NCBI GenBank assembly: GCA_001002285.1
Contig: LCLX01000001.1
Coordinates: 30-64,029, forward strand
DNA: 64,000 nt
Direction of reading: 5' to 3'
Source of the DNA: Microgenomates group bacterium GW2011_GWC1_46_15
GTDB taxonomy: Bacteria; Patescibacteriota; Microgenomatia; UBA1400; UBA12028
The translations under genes and the position numbers were made by a program. The notes beneath the pieces are model-generated. The model searched no databases. It was given only the letters and a program-made list of their open reading frames with translations, and was not told where the DNA came from. Positions 48,332-57,230 of the stretch are shown one piece after another (position 1 is the first letter of the stretch; the number at the start of each line of letters is the position of its first letter).

Positions 48332-50089
48332 ATGTCGCCCACTTTTCGCACACTCATTGTTTTGCTCGCACTCGTTCTGTCTTTTACCCTCGTTTATTCT
48401 GTCTCTTTTGCTCTCGACTGTGCTGGCGACTCTACATGCGTAAGTATCCAACAAGATATTGATAAACTTGCTGAAGATCTCAGGCTTAGTGTCAACGCAA
48501 CCACCCCTTTAGAAAAACAAGTCGCCGGTCTTACGTCGCGCATCAACGCGGCACAGGCGGAAATCAACAAGGCAAAGAAACAAGCGGATACACTTGCGCG
48601 CGGGATCCAAGACCGCGAACAAAGCTTAGCTGAGCAATACGCAATCTTTAAGCAACGTGTGCGCGATCGGTACAAGCGAGAAAAAACATTCTCGCCACTC
48701 ACATTGCTTTTTTCTTCAAGTACGGCGACTGAGTTTACCCGGCAGATTGGGTATTGGGAAACGCTGGAACGACGAGATCAATCTATCATCCAGTCGGTTG
48801 GTGAGGAAATTCTGCAGTTGGAAACGGATAAGAAAACGTTGGAAGTAAAACAAGGACAGTTGGCCGAGCTTCAAAAAAATCTGGACAAGCAAGCGGCGTT
48901 TTTTAAAGGAGAAATTTCAAAAGCAAAAGCATATCAAGCTGAGTTGAGTGGGAAAATCGCGGTGCTTTCTGCCCGCCAGCAGGAAATTTTATCTGAGAAA
49001 ACCGGAACGTTTCAAACTACGGTTGGTGACGTACCGCTGGCCGATGACTTTAACGCATCGCCGGCGTACAACCCCGGGTTTAGTCCTGCATTCGCAGCGT
49101 TTTCGTTTGGTGCTCCACACTTTAAAGGTATGAGTCAGTACGGAGCGTACGGTCGTGCGAAGTCGGGCCAAAACGAAGAGGATATTTTGAAAGCCTACTA
49201 TGGCAACGTGCGGATCGAAACTGTAGATACGGGCGGCAACATCAATACATCGTCCGGGAGCATGAATATCGAAGACCGCTATCTCATGGGCATTGCTGAG
49301 ATGCCGTCGTCCTGGGACGCAAATAATCTCGCCGCGCTCAAAGCACAGGCCATTGCCGCGCGGTCATACGGTTTGGCGTACGTTGGGTGGCGGATGGGAA
49401 GCAGAAGCGTCAAAAGTTCCATTTGCACATCAGAAAACTGCCAAGTATGGAGTTCAAGTAAGGCAAGCAGTGCGCCGGATAACTGGAAGCGCGCAGTCCA
49501 AGAAACACGTGGGAAAATTGTAGTGAGCAACGCGTCTGGTGAAATTGTGAATACTTGGTATGCGTCAACATCCGGTGGCTATCAGGAAAGCTACTCGAGT
49601 CTTGGTCACTCGACCCCGGGCTTTTGGGACACAAAGAACGGCAGAAGCGGGTGGACAAGCGACGCATACGAAAAAATTGGCGGAAGCCCATGGTTTTACA
49701 AAGCGTGGTACAAGTCGCGGTCCGGCGATGCGTGTGGTCGGTCGCACCCCTGGCTTACACAAGAAGAAATGGCGGATGTCTTGAATGCTTGGGTGGTTTT
49801 GCAAGCAGGTTCGGATGACCGCGTTTCACCGCTTGGCGGATGTTGGGGTGGTAGTCCGTACTCTATTGATGAGCTCCGCAACAAGGCCAACGAAAAAGGC
49901 GGGGCGTTTACATCGGTTTCAAATGTTTCGATTGAGTACAGCGAAGGTGGATACACCGCCAACGTGCGGTTTAGCACAAATAAGGGGGATGTCAGCATTT
50001 CCGGGGCAGAGTTTAAGAAAGCATTTAACTTGCGTGCGCCCGGAAGAATTAGCTTGAAGAGTGGCCTTTTTTCGATCGAGAAGCGGTAA
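48332..50089 (+). CDS. SpoIID/LytB-domain protein with N-terminal coiled coil
   Basis: Signal peptide, coiled coil, GMSQYGA, EMPSSW, ALKAQAIAARSY. Confidence 0.88.
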   Translation: MSPTFRTLIVLLALVLSFTLVYSVSFALDCAGDSTCVSIQQDIDKLAEDLRLSVNATTPLEKQVAGLTSRINAAQAEINKAKKQADTLARGIQDREQSLAEQYAIFKQRVRDRYKREKTFSPLTLLFSSSTATEFTRQIGYWETLERRDQSIIQSVGEEILQLETDKKTLEVKQGQLAELQKNLDKQAAFFKGEISKAKAYQAELSGKIAVLSARQQEILSEKTGTFQTTVGDVPLADDFNASPAYNPGFSPAFAAFSFGAPHFKGMSQYGAYGRAKSGQNEEDILKAYYGNVRIETVDTGGNINTSSGSMNIEDRYLMGIAEMPSSWDANNLAALKAQAIAARSYGLAYVGWRMGSRSVKSSICTSENCQVWSSSKASSAPDNWKRAVQETRGKIVVSNASGEIVNTWYASTSGGYQESYSSLGHSTPGFWDTKNGRSGWTSDAYEKIGGSPWFYKAWYKSRSGDACGRSHPWLTQEEMADVLNAWVVLQAGSDDRVSPLGGCWGGSPYSIDELRNKANEKGGAFTSVSNVSIEYSEGGYTANVRFSTNKGDVSISGAEFKKAFNLRAPGRISLKSGLFSIEKR

Positions 50090-50143
50090 CTCGCCACGAG
50101 CGCTGTAAGATTTGGACTTTCCACCTCATGGTACAATATCCTC

Positions 50144-50902
50144 ATGTCACCGGAAATTTTCAACGCAAAAACAGCAAGAGCGGGAACACATTCCCAGAAA
50201 AAGATCGGGACTTCAACAACCACCCCGCAGTTTCACCCCCACGCTCAACAGCAACCTCAGTCCCACTCCCAACCTCAGCACCCTCACCATCACCGCAGAG
50301 CCGAGGACTACAGTACAATCATCGCTTCTCACAAACCAAGCACAAACTCGCTCGCCTCGTTTGCAATCCGTCCAGCAGGAGTAACGTTTGACTCCCAAGA
50401 ACCCGATGAAGAAGTGCTTCTTTTCCTCCGTCAGCACATCATTATCAACATTCCTTGGCTTATTGCCGTAGCACTCATGATTATCACACCGCTCATTCTT
50501 CTTCCGTTCTTTTCTCCATTCAAATCAATTCCATGGAACTTTCAGTTTGTGCTCGTGTTGTCGTGGTACTTGCTCACCGCCGGCTTTGCGATCGAAAAAA
50601 TTCTGATGTGGTTGTTTAATTCCTTTATCATTACCGATGAACGCATGGTGGACATTGATCTCTACTCGCTTATTTTTAAAGAGGCAAACTACGCTCAGAT
50701 CGATAAAATTCAGGATGTAACCGTCAAAACCGGTGGTGCGCTCAACTCACTGTTAGACGTTGGTGATGTATTTGTGCAAACCGCCAGTGAAGTTCCGGAG
50801 TTTATATTTGATAACATTTATCATCCTACAAAAGTTGCGAAACTCCTCAACGAACTCATGATCGAAGAACACCGCGAAGAGTTAGAGGGGAGGGTCAGAT
50901 GA
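50144..50902 (+). CDS. membrane protein with bacterial PH-like domain
   Basis: Two TM then FIITDERMVD, KIQDVT, GDVFVQTA. Confidence 0.75.
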   Translation: MSPEIFNAKTARAGTHSQKKIGTSTTTPQFHPHAQQQPQSHSQPQHPHHHRRAEDYSTIIASHKPSTNSLASFAIRPAGVTFDSQEPDEEVLLFLRQHIIINIPWLIAVALMIITPLILLPFFSPFKSIPWNFQFVLVLSWYLLTAGFAIEKILMWLFNSFIITDERMVDIDLYSLIFKEANYAQIDKIQDVTVKTGGALNSLLDVGDVFVQTASEVPEFIFDNIYHPTKVAKLLNELMIEEHREELEGRVR

Positions 50903-51159
50903 ATCAGCTCCCAGTCAGCCAATTTGTTTCTTTTTTCTCGAATCCACAGAACGCAACAAGCGCGGTGTTGGGCACCATGAAAATCCTCATCGTGCTTGTT
51001 CTTTCACTCTATCTCGTGTTTGGCGTTGTTATTCTCCGCCAAATTTCACTGATGACAAAAACGGTAGACACCCCGCTTACCCCCAAGATCAAGTTTCTTG
51101 GATATATCCACATGATTTTTTCAATCCTCGTATGGTTATGCGCGATTGTATTATTGTAG
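50899..51159 (+). CDS. small two-TM protein (DUF5657-like)
   Basis: VILRQISLMTKTV between two TM helices. Confidence 0.6.
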   Translation: MNQLPVSQFVSFFSNPQNATSAVLGTMKILIVLVLSLYLVFGVVILRQISLMTKTVDTPLTPKIKFLGYIHMIFSILVWLCAIVLL

Positions 51160-51171
51160 TATGATGCGTTT

Positions 51172-53034
51172 ATGAGCTTCTCAACCGCTCCAGTTGTTGG
51201 GATGCCGGACAACACTTCTTGGCCGCAGGTATTTCAGCACTACACAGAATCCACCCTTTTTGTTTCTGCGTTTGTTATGAGCAATGGCGGTAAAGCGCGC
51301 ACATACGGCCACGCATTCATTGAGCGGTTAGAGAAACTTCAATACAACAATGTTGCGGAACTTTCCTCGCTCCTTGAGCAGGCATACATGGAGTTTGAAA
51401 AACACATCAAATCGTTTTCTGCCGGATATTTTGAACATGCTGGGCGGGTGGTCGTGTGGTCAGTAAAGCAAGGTACAGTATTTCTTCAGCGGGAAGAAAA
51501 GTTTGGAAAAGTACTGCAAAGCGATGAATGGAAGGTAACCGAAGGAAAGGCTCAAAAGAATGACACATTTTTTTGCGGAACAGACGCGTTTTCTTCGCTG
51601 ATGCCACTACACACGCATGAAAAAAATAGAAACATGCGCCCCGATGCGCTTGCCGAACTATTGGCTCAGCAGATTCAGTCGCACGCCGATACCGCGCGCA
51701 TTGCGGCATACGTTGTACAGTCAGGTATTGCTGTATCATTCGCGCCAATCCCGGTGGAACCGTCATCGGCGAAAGAAGAGGAAAAGGTTCCTCCGTATCT
51801 ATACTACTCTGGCGATCAACCAACTCAGACGAAAACCGGTCGAGGTACCGCACAGTTTAGCATTGGTGTGATGTTGCGCGCATTTTTTTCAACTCTCCAG
51901 CGCATCCCGTTTTTCCGCCGCCAAAGTGTGTATGTACGCTCTTTATCAAAAAAGAAAAGAATAGCGGTCGTTAGCGCTATGTTGTTGGTCATACTGCTGA
52001 TGCTGATTGGCATTGGGTGGACTAAGCGCCAGGCGTCACTCAGAAATCAACACGTGCAAACTCTTCTTGCCCCGTATCAACAAAAAATGAATGAAGCCAA
52101 GGCAAAACAGGGCATTGATCTTAGCGCGGCGCGTATCTTGGCAAAAGAGGCGCTGACCGGCGCGCAGTCAACACTCAACGAAACTTCGAAAAAAAAGCCG
52201 GAGTACAAAAGCATTTCAGTGTTTGTAACAACTGCCCAGCAGTACTTTGACTCGATTTCCGGCGAAAAACATTTCGATAGTTTGCCGGTGTTTTTTAACT
52301 TTCAACTTGTACAGTCTGGGTTTTTGGCAAAAAAGTCTGCAGTTGTGGGCGAGACTGCGGTATTTCTCGATACAGAAACAAATGTTGGCATCTCGCTGAA
52401 CTTGCACTCTAAACAATCCGCGCGCATGGAAATGGGGGACATTGCTACGTCGCGCGATATTACCGCGGAAGATAAACATATCATTGTGTTGGGGAGCGAC
52501 GCGCTCTATCTCGATGGGAAGAAAGCACTCGAAGGCATTGATTCAACAAAAGACCCCGCATTTCTCTCAAGCTTTGGCGGGAATGCGTACGTGTTTTACC
52601 GCGGAGATGGTACACTATTGAAACACGTAAGCAGTGGGAGCACATTTTCTACTGGCACAAACTGGATCCGTTCCGCGCTTGGTTTTCAAAAAGACACCGC
52701 AACATCGCTCGCGATTGATGGCAAGGTGTGGATAGGAACAACCGATGGGCGGATCATCGTGTTTTCGCAGGGGACGCGGTTTTCGTTTACGACAAAAGGA
52801 CTTACGGAACCGTTTGCCAGCGCGGTGATTGTGTACACCACGTCCGATCTTCAACACGTCTATGTGTTGGAAGCGGGTAAAAACCGTGTTGTTGTGCTGA
52901 ATAAAGACGGAACGTATGTTGCCTCATACTTTGCGCCAGAGTTAGGAACAAGCACAGGTGTGCTGATTTCTGCTGACGAAAGCACCGTGTATTTCCCCTC
53001 TGGCTCGGTGGTATATTCGCTAAATCTCAAGTAA
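51172..53034 (+). CDS. single-TM protein with C-terminal beta-propeller-like domain
   Basis: Central TM; SLAIDGKVWI, VYVLEAGKNRVVVLNKDG (NHL-like). Confidence 0.65.
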   Translation: MSFSTAPVVGMPDNTSWPQVFQHYTESTLFVSAFVMSNGGKARTYGHAFIERLEKLQYNNVAELSSLLEQAYMEFEKHIKSFSAGYFEHAGRVVVWSVKQGTVFLQREEKFGKVLQSDEWKVTEGKAQKNDTFFCGTDAFSSLMPLHTHEKNRNMRPDALAELLAQQIQSHADTARIAAYVVQSGIAVSFAPIPVEPSSAKEEEKVPPYLYYSGDQPTQTKTGRGTAQFSIGVMLRAFFSTLQRIPFFRRQSVYVRSLSKKKRIAVVSAMLLVILLMLIGIGWTKRQASLRNQHVQTLLAPYQQKMNEAKAKQGIDLSAARILAKEALTGAQSTLNETSKKKPEYKSISVFVTTAQQYFDSISGEKHFDSLPVFFNFQLVQSGFLAKKSAVVGETAVFLDTETNVGISLNLHSKQSARMEMGDIATSRDITAEDKHIIVLGSDALYLDGKKALEGIDSTKDPAFLSSFGGNAYVFYRGDGTLLKHVSSGSTFSTGTNWIRSALGFQKDTATSLAIDGKVWIGTTDGRIIVFSQGTRFSFTTKGLTEPFASAVIVYTTSDLQHVYVLEAGKNRVVVLNKDGTYVASYFAPELGTSTGVLISADESTVYFPSGSVVYSLNLK

Positions 53035-53043
53035 AATACGGGC

Positions 53044-53493
53044 ATGCAAATGCTCATTGAAAACCGCCGCGCACGGGCGGAGTACACCATTGTTGAAACC
53101 TTTGAGGCGGGAATTGTGCTTTCCGGCCCCGAGGTCAAAATGCTTCGTTTAAAGAGGGGTGGTCTTGTTGGTGCCCACGTGCGGGTGATGCAGGACGAAG
53201 CGGTATTGTTGAACGCCCAGATTCCAGCATATCCATACGCTCGGCAGGAAGAGTACGATCCAAAACGCACACGAAAGCTGTTGCTCCACAAACACGAGAT
53301 TTTAAAGCTGAAGCAGTCGCAGGAAACAAAAGGCTCGGCGATCATTCCGTTGTCTATAGGGATTTCACATGGATTTATGAAGGTGAAAGTTGCGATTGCC
53401 CGCGGAAAAAAGCAGTACGAACGGCGTGAGGAGTTAAAGAAGCGCGACTTAGCGCGGGAAGTCGAACGGGTGACGAAGAAGAGGATGAAGTAA
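53044..53493 (+). CDS. smpB: SsrA-binding protein
   Basis: NRRARAEY, EAGIVLSGPEVK, RTRKLLLHK, ARGKKQYERR. Confidence 0.96.
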   Translation: MQMLIENRRARAEYTIVETFEAGIVLSGPEVKMLRLKRGGLVGAHVRVMQDEAVLLNAQIPAYPYARQEEYDPKRTRKLLLHKHEILKLKQSQETKGSAIIPLSIGISHGFMKVKVAIARGKKQYERREELKKRDLAREVERVTKKRMK

Positions 53494-53498
53494 AAAAC

Positions 53499-53978
53499 TC
53501 ATTGAGCGAGTGGATCACGAGGATTCGCAATGTGAGGGGTATTTTCAGCGATTTTTTCCTGAACGTCATCGACAAGAAAATAGCCTTCACAAAACACACC
53601 ACCCCCAAATCTAACACAGCGAACATCGACAGCTCCTTTATTTTTTAGAACAATTTCTGCATATGTTTGATGCAATGGAAGTTCTCCAATGTCATAAAAT
53701 ATGACGCACAATGCTCCGCAACCCCCTCTATCTTGATGAAAAACGATGTCATACGTATGAATAGTCCCAGCACCAAACTCTCTATCCAGTTGTTGAGTGA
53801 TGCCGAGACATAGGGAATCTACAAAATCTAAAACCCTGGGAGGACATGTTAGAACCTCTCTCGGTTTTTCCGGCCTACGGAAGAATCTTCCAACACTTCT
53901 CCCAATTTCTCCTAAGGCTGCTCGCATATATTCCTTTCCGGCAGGATATGGTACAACCCTCACATTATCGCACATCAT
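53499..53978 (-). CDS. hypothetical protein
   Basis: ORF between smpB and ssrA; no motif. Confidence 0.4.
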   Translation of the reverse strand: MMCDNVRVVPYPAGKEYMRAALGEIGRSVGRFFRRPEKPREVLTCPPRVLDFVDSLCLGITQQLDREFGAGTIHTYDIVFHQDRGGCGALCVIFYDIGELPLHQTYAEIVLKNKGAVDVRCVRFGGGVFCEGYFLVDDVQEKIAENTPHIANPRDPLAQ

Positions 53979-54080
53979 CAATCCATTTCAAGTGGAGAGC
54001 TCCTCAAGTGGGAACGCAGAAAGACCCCGATAACGGCTGGACTTTTGAGCTGTTTTCTGATATAGTGCACCTCAAGTTAC

Positions 54081-54481
54081 GGGGATGAATTGATTCGACG
54101 TAACGAGCTCTTTACCATCTGCAAGCCGTTTTGGACATAACGTAAAAATTCCAAAATACATCTGCAATTTCAACATTACAGAACTTGGTCGCGAAGACCG
54201 TAGACACAGCCAAAAGCCTAGTCTTTGGTTCTAACGTCCAACTCGCAGGCGTTTTCGCCTAAGAGCATTCATGCCGTCTTTCTCACTGATGGAGCGGTAT
54301 GGGTGGAAACACAGTCAGTGTGGTAGCGAGTGCTCGAACGCGGCATTCGAATAAACTTTAGCGTTAGGGGAAAAAGTATGGTTGGTTTGCTTCCCGCTTT
54401 TTCCTTCACCAAAAGCATTCTACGCTTGTAGACGATGATAGATTTCTCTTACGGACCGCGGCTCATTACCGCGCATCTCCA
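54081..54481 (+). ncRNA. ssrA: tmRNA
   Basis: 5' GGGGATG...TTCGAC pairs with 3' CATCTCC-A (G3.U); tag ORF 54164-54262 ending VFA*; near smpB. Confidence 0.92.
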
Positions 54482-54575
54482 CACAAGAACGCAGTTCCTG
54501 TGGGATGCCCGAACGCAAGTGAGGGCGCCACCACCACAATATAAAATACAGATAAACCAAGCGCGCAACGCCTGA

Positions 54576-54597
54576 TGGATGACCCACGAGTCATCCA
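54576..54597. terminator. hairpin between convergent ssrA and toxin gene
   Basis: TGGATGAC-N6-GTCATCCA. Confidence 0.45.
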
Positions 54598-54603
54598 CTC
54601 ATT

Positions 54604-55212
54604 TTATTGAAGACTTGCTTCCTCTAAGTATTGTTTGATTTCTTTTTGGTTTGTTTTATGTCCGGGCATATATAACACATCTTCTGAGTAATCAATATCT
54701 TCAAAGTATGCGAGTTGCACTCGAAAAAATTTTTCATTAAATTCTACTCCAAACAACACATCTGCTTGTGTGGCAAGTTCACGAAGAGAGAACTGTTTTA
54801 GTAAGAAAAAGAGATCAACATAATCCTTCCATTTTGCCCGTTTTCCCAAAGCAAATGCTTTCATTGCACCCAGCGTTAATAAGCTAGGTAATGTAATCAC
54901 ATTATCAAAATCTTTTTCGAATTTGATAGAGTATGGAAAAGAATAAAAAGTCAGTTTAACCTGATTCACAAGCACCGTTAACTCATTTTCTCCCTGAATA
55001 TATGTATGTTCAATCTTTGCTGTTTTGTGGATCTGAGATTTGACGCGCTCAATATCAAATGTTCGTAGAGTAAATAAATCGAAGTCAATTGACCTACGAT
55101 GGCCAAGATATAACGCAATAGCTGTTCCACTAACGAGACCAAACTGCGGAGTAAACACCGCAATCAATGGCAAAAGTTTTTCTTGGTTCTCGCTTAAAAT
55201 GTTACGATGCAT
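54604..55212 (-). CDS. AbiEii-like nucleotidyltransferase toxin
   Basis: LVSGTAIALYLGHRRSIDFDLF, AMKAFALGKR, KDYVDL. Confidence 0.85.
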   Translation of the reverse strand: MHRNILSENQEKLLPLIAVFTPQFGLVSGTAIALYLGHRRSIDFDLFTLRTFDIERVKSQIHKTAKIEHTYIQGENELTVLVNQVKLTFYSFPYSIKFEKDFDNVITLPSLLTLGAMKAFALGKRAKWKDYVDLFFLLKQFSLRELATQADVLFGVEFNEKFFRVQLAYFEDIDYSEDVLYMPGHKTNQKEIKQYLEEASLQ

Positions 55213-55459
55213 ACTTTTGAAAAAAACGCATAAAATAGTGTTGTACTTCTGGAAGATAATTTGTACGGCGCTTACTATTCGTTTTGCGGAAAATCTGTGC
55301 AGTTTCACGCGACCCCTTAATCCTAATGTACGTTTTTACGTCCTCCCAATTCCCATAATTCAACACATGCTCAAGCACAAACTCGTCCGACAGTTGACCC
55401 GGATCTTTTACATACCAAGCTAAATATGGCTTTTGCTTTATAATGTCTTGAATAAACAT
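55202..55459 (-). CDS. small cognate antitoxin-like protein (DUF6922-like)
   Basis: LAWYVKD...VLEHVLNYGNWED; overlaps the toxin start. Confidence 0.7.
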   Translation of the reverse strand: MFIQDIIKQKPYLAWYVKDPGQLSDEFVLEHVLNYGNWEDVKTYIRIKGSRETAQIFRKTNSKRRTNYLPEVQHYFMRFFQKYAS

Positions 55460-55506
55460 ACGAATAGTATAACAAAAAACAGCTGGATTTGGAGAAGAGT
55501 TACATT

Positions 55507-56178
55507 TTAAAACGAGTGGGCGAGTACCACGCCCCACACTTCTTTTGCTCCCGCTTTCTTTAAGACCTCGCACGCAAGGGACAAAGTAGTGCGAGTGGTT
55601 GCAACGTCATCCACCAATCCAATTTTCTTCTTTTGAACATCTTTTTTATGCAGACAAACAAATCCTTGTTGGAGGTTCTGTTTACGATCATCAACTTTTA
55701 ATGATGCCTGCGAAGCTGTCTCGCGGATTTTTACCAGCGCATCTGTAAGCACGGGTGTCCGATTGAGCCTTCCTAAATGGTGAGCAAAGAGTTCGGCTTG
55801 GTTAAACCCTCGCACTCTCAGCTTTTTTGGATGCATAGGAACAGGAATAAGCGCATCAAACGACGGGGCAAAGTCGGGCCAGTGAAGCGAAAACATACTA
55901 TATGCCTCTCGGGCGGCATCACACACGCGGGCATACTTAATCTTTTTCATGAGATCAGAAGCGGGCTCGCGGTACTGGACAATAGGGATAAAACCATCCA
56001 AACCAAGCGGGGATCGGCAGACGTCATGCGTTTTTCCATCGTTCGTTGGCCGGTCGCAGATTGGACAGAGCGAAAAATCAAAATACCGCAACTCTTGTTT
56101 GCATAAATCGCACAGATACGATCCCCATGCGTCACACGAGGCACACCGTTTTGGAAACAGGAGATCATCAATGAACAT
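55507..56178 (-). CDS. comF: ComF family competence protein (double Zn ribbon plus PRTase)
   Basis: LFPKRCASC, CPICD, PVPMH...RGFNQAE, LVDDVATT. Confidence 0.92.
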   Translation of the reverse strand: MFIDDLLFPKRCASCDAWGSYLCDLCKQELRYFDFSLCPICDRPTNDGKTHDVCRSPLGLDGFIPIVQYREPASDLMKKIKYARVCDAAREAYSMFSLHWPDFAPSFDALIPVPMHPKKLRVRGFNQAELFAHHLGRLNRTPVLTDALVKIRETASQASLKVDDRKQNLQQGFVCLHKKDVQKKKIGLVDDVATTRTTLSLACEVLKKAGAKEVWGVVLAHSF

Positions 56179-56288
56179 ATCCGCACTGTATACCGCCGAT
56201 CTTACAACGACCTTACGAAAATGAAACTGCTCAACGCATTGGGAGTTGGGGAAAACTCTGCGGATGTTCTGGTACAATACACATGCCT

Positions 56289-56374
56289 GGAGAGGTGCAG
56301 GGAATGGTTATCCGGACAGTCTTGAAAACTGTTGCCGCAAGGCATTGTGGGTTCGAGTCCCACCCTCTCCGCCA
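56289..56374 (+). tRNA. tRNA-Ser (anticodon TGA)
   Basis: GGAGAGG acceptor, ACAGT-CTTGAAA-ACTGT, long variable arm, TTCGAGT loop, G73-CCA. Confidence 0.93.
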
Positions 56375-56391
56375 ACTTATTGGAATAACCT

Positions 56392-56474
56392 GGAGGGGTC
56401 GCCTAGTGGTTTATGGCAATAGTTTACTAAACTATCAGCGCAAGCTACCGTGGGTTCGAATCCCACCCCCTCCG
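56392..56474 (+). tRNA. tRNA-Ser-type with anticodon ACT
   Basis: GGAGGGG/CCCCTCC, ATAGT-TTACTAA-ACTAT, variable arm AGC-GCAA-GCT, GTGGG-TTCGAAT-CCCAC, G73. Confidence 0.88.
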
Positions 56475-56478
56475 CAAT

Positions 56479-56771
56479 ATGAAAAACTCAAAAATAGAAT
56501 TGTTCACGCATAGTGGTGAAACACTCGCAGTAATTTTTCAAGAATCATATACAGTTGTCCCCGGTGTTGTGTGTGATGTATAGAACTAACAATTACTCAT
56601 CGAGATGGAATGGAGTCTGTTTTTGAGGTTAGTCCGGAACATGAGGGTTTTTCTCATCCAGTTGAAATTGGAGAAATCATGCAATGGCAAGCTGATGAAA
56701 ACGAGAGTCTAGTGGTTTTTGAAATCTGTTTTCCACCCTATCAAGATGGTCGTTTTGAAAATCTACCCTAA
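56479..56771 (+). pseudogene. probable disrupted small gene (two frames joined near 56582)
   Basis: MKNSKIE...VVCDV* followed in another frame by ELTITHRDG...EICFPPYQDGRFENLP*. Confidence 0.45.
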
Positions 56772-57214
56772 ACCACCACACGCTCCAGCGCTTTCCGCAT
56801 ATCGGGGTTTTTAAAAATCTCAGTGGATTGAAGAATTTCTTCTTTTGTGAGCCAAAGCACTTCAAAAATATCTTCATATTGAGCAGGGTTTTTTGTCACG
56901 TCAACCGTTGGTTCTCCAATCAATGTACATTGATATCCCGAACACACAATACGAATATTTTGCTCTGATGTATGAAGGACAAAATCCCAACCACCTACAG
57001 GACGTTGAATTTCAATGGTAAGTCCGACTTCTTCCATGACCTCGCGCAAGAGCGCGTCGTGTGATGACTCTCCAGGCTCAACGCCTCCACCTGGAATAGT
57101 GTGGAGGATTCTTTCGAGACCGCGATCAACAACTTTTTGTTTTACGATCAGAATTTTTCCGGCATAAACAATAAACGCCTTCACCGAAGGGCGGATTCTG
57201 ACGATAGGTTTCAT
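56768..57214 (-). CDS. NUDIX hydrolase
   Basis: PGGGVEPGESSHDALLREVMEEVGL Nudix box. Confidence 0.9.
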   Translation of the reverse strand: MKPIVRIRPSVKAFIVYAGKILIVKQKVVDRGLERILHTIPGGGVEPGESSHDALLREVMEEVGLTIEIQRPVGGWDFVLHTSEQNIRIVCSGYQCTLIGEPTVDVTKNPAQYEDIFEVLWLTKEEILQSTEIFKNPDMRKALERVVV

Positions 57215-57230
57215 ATCAATATGTGTTCCC

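Noticed and set aside
54484-55500. Genomic island integrated at the tmRNA 3' end
   Set aside because: Only a TA pair and a small hairpin (54507-54526) follow; no integrase or duplicated ssrA end found
56283-56513. 76-aa ORF
   Set aside because: Overlaps both tRNA-Ser genes
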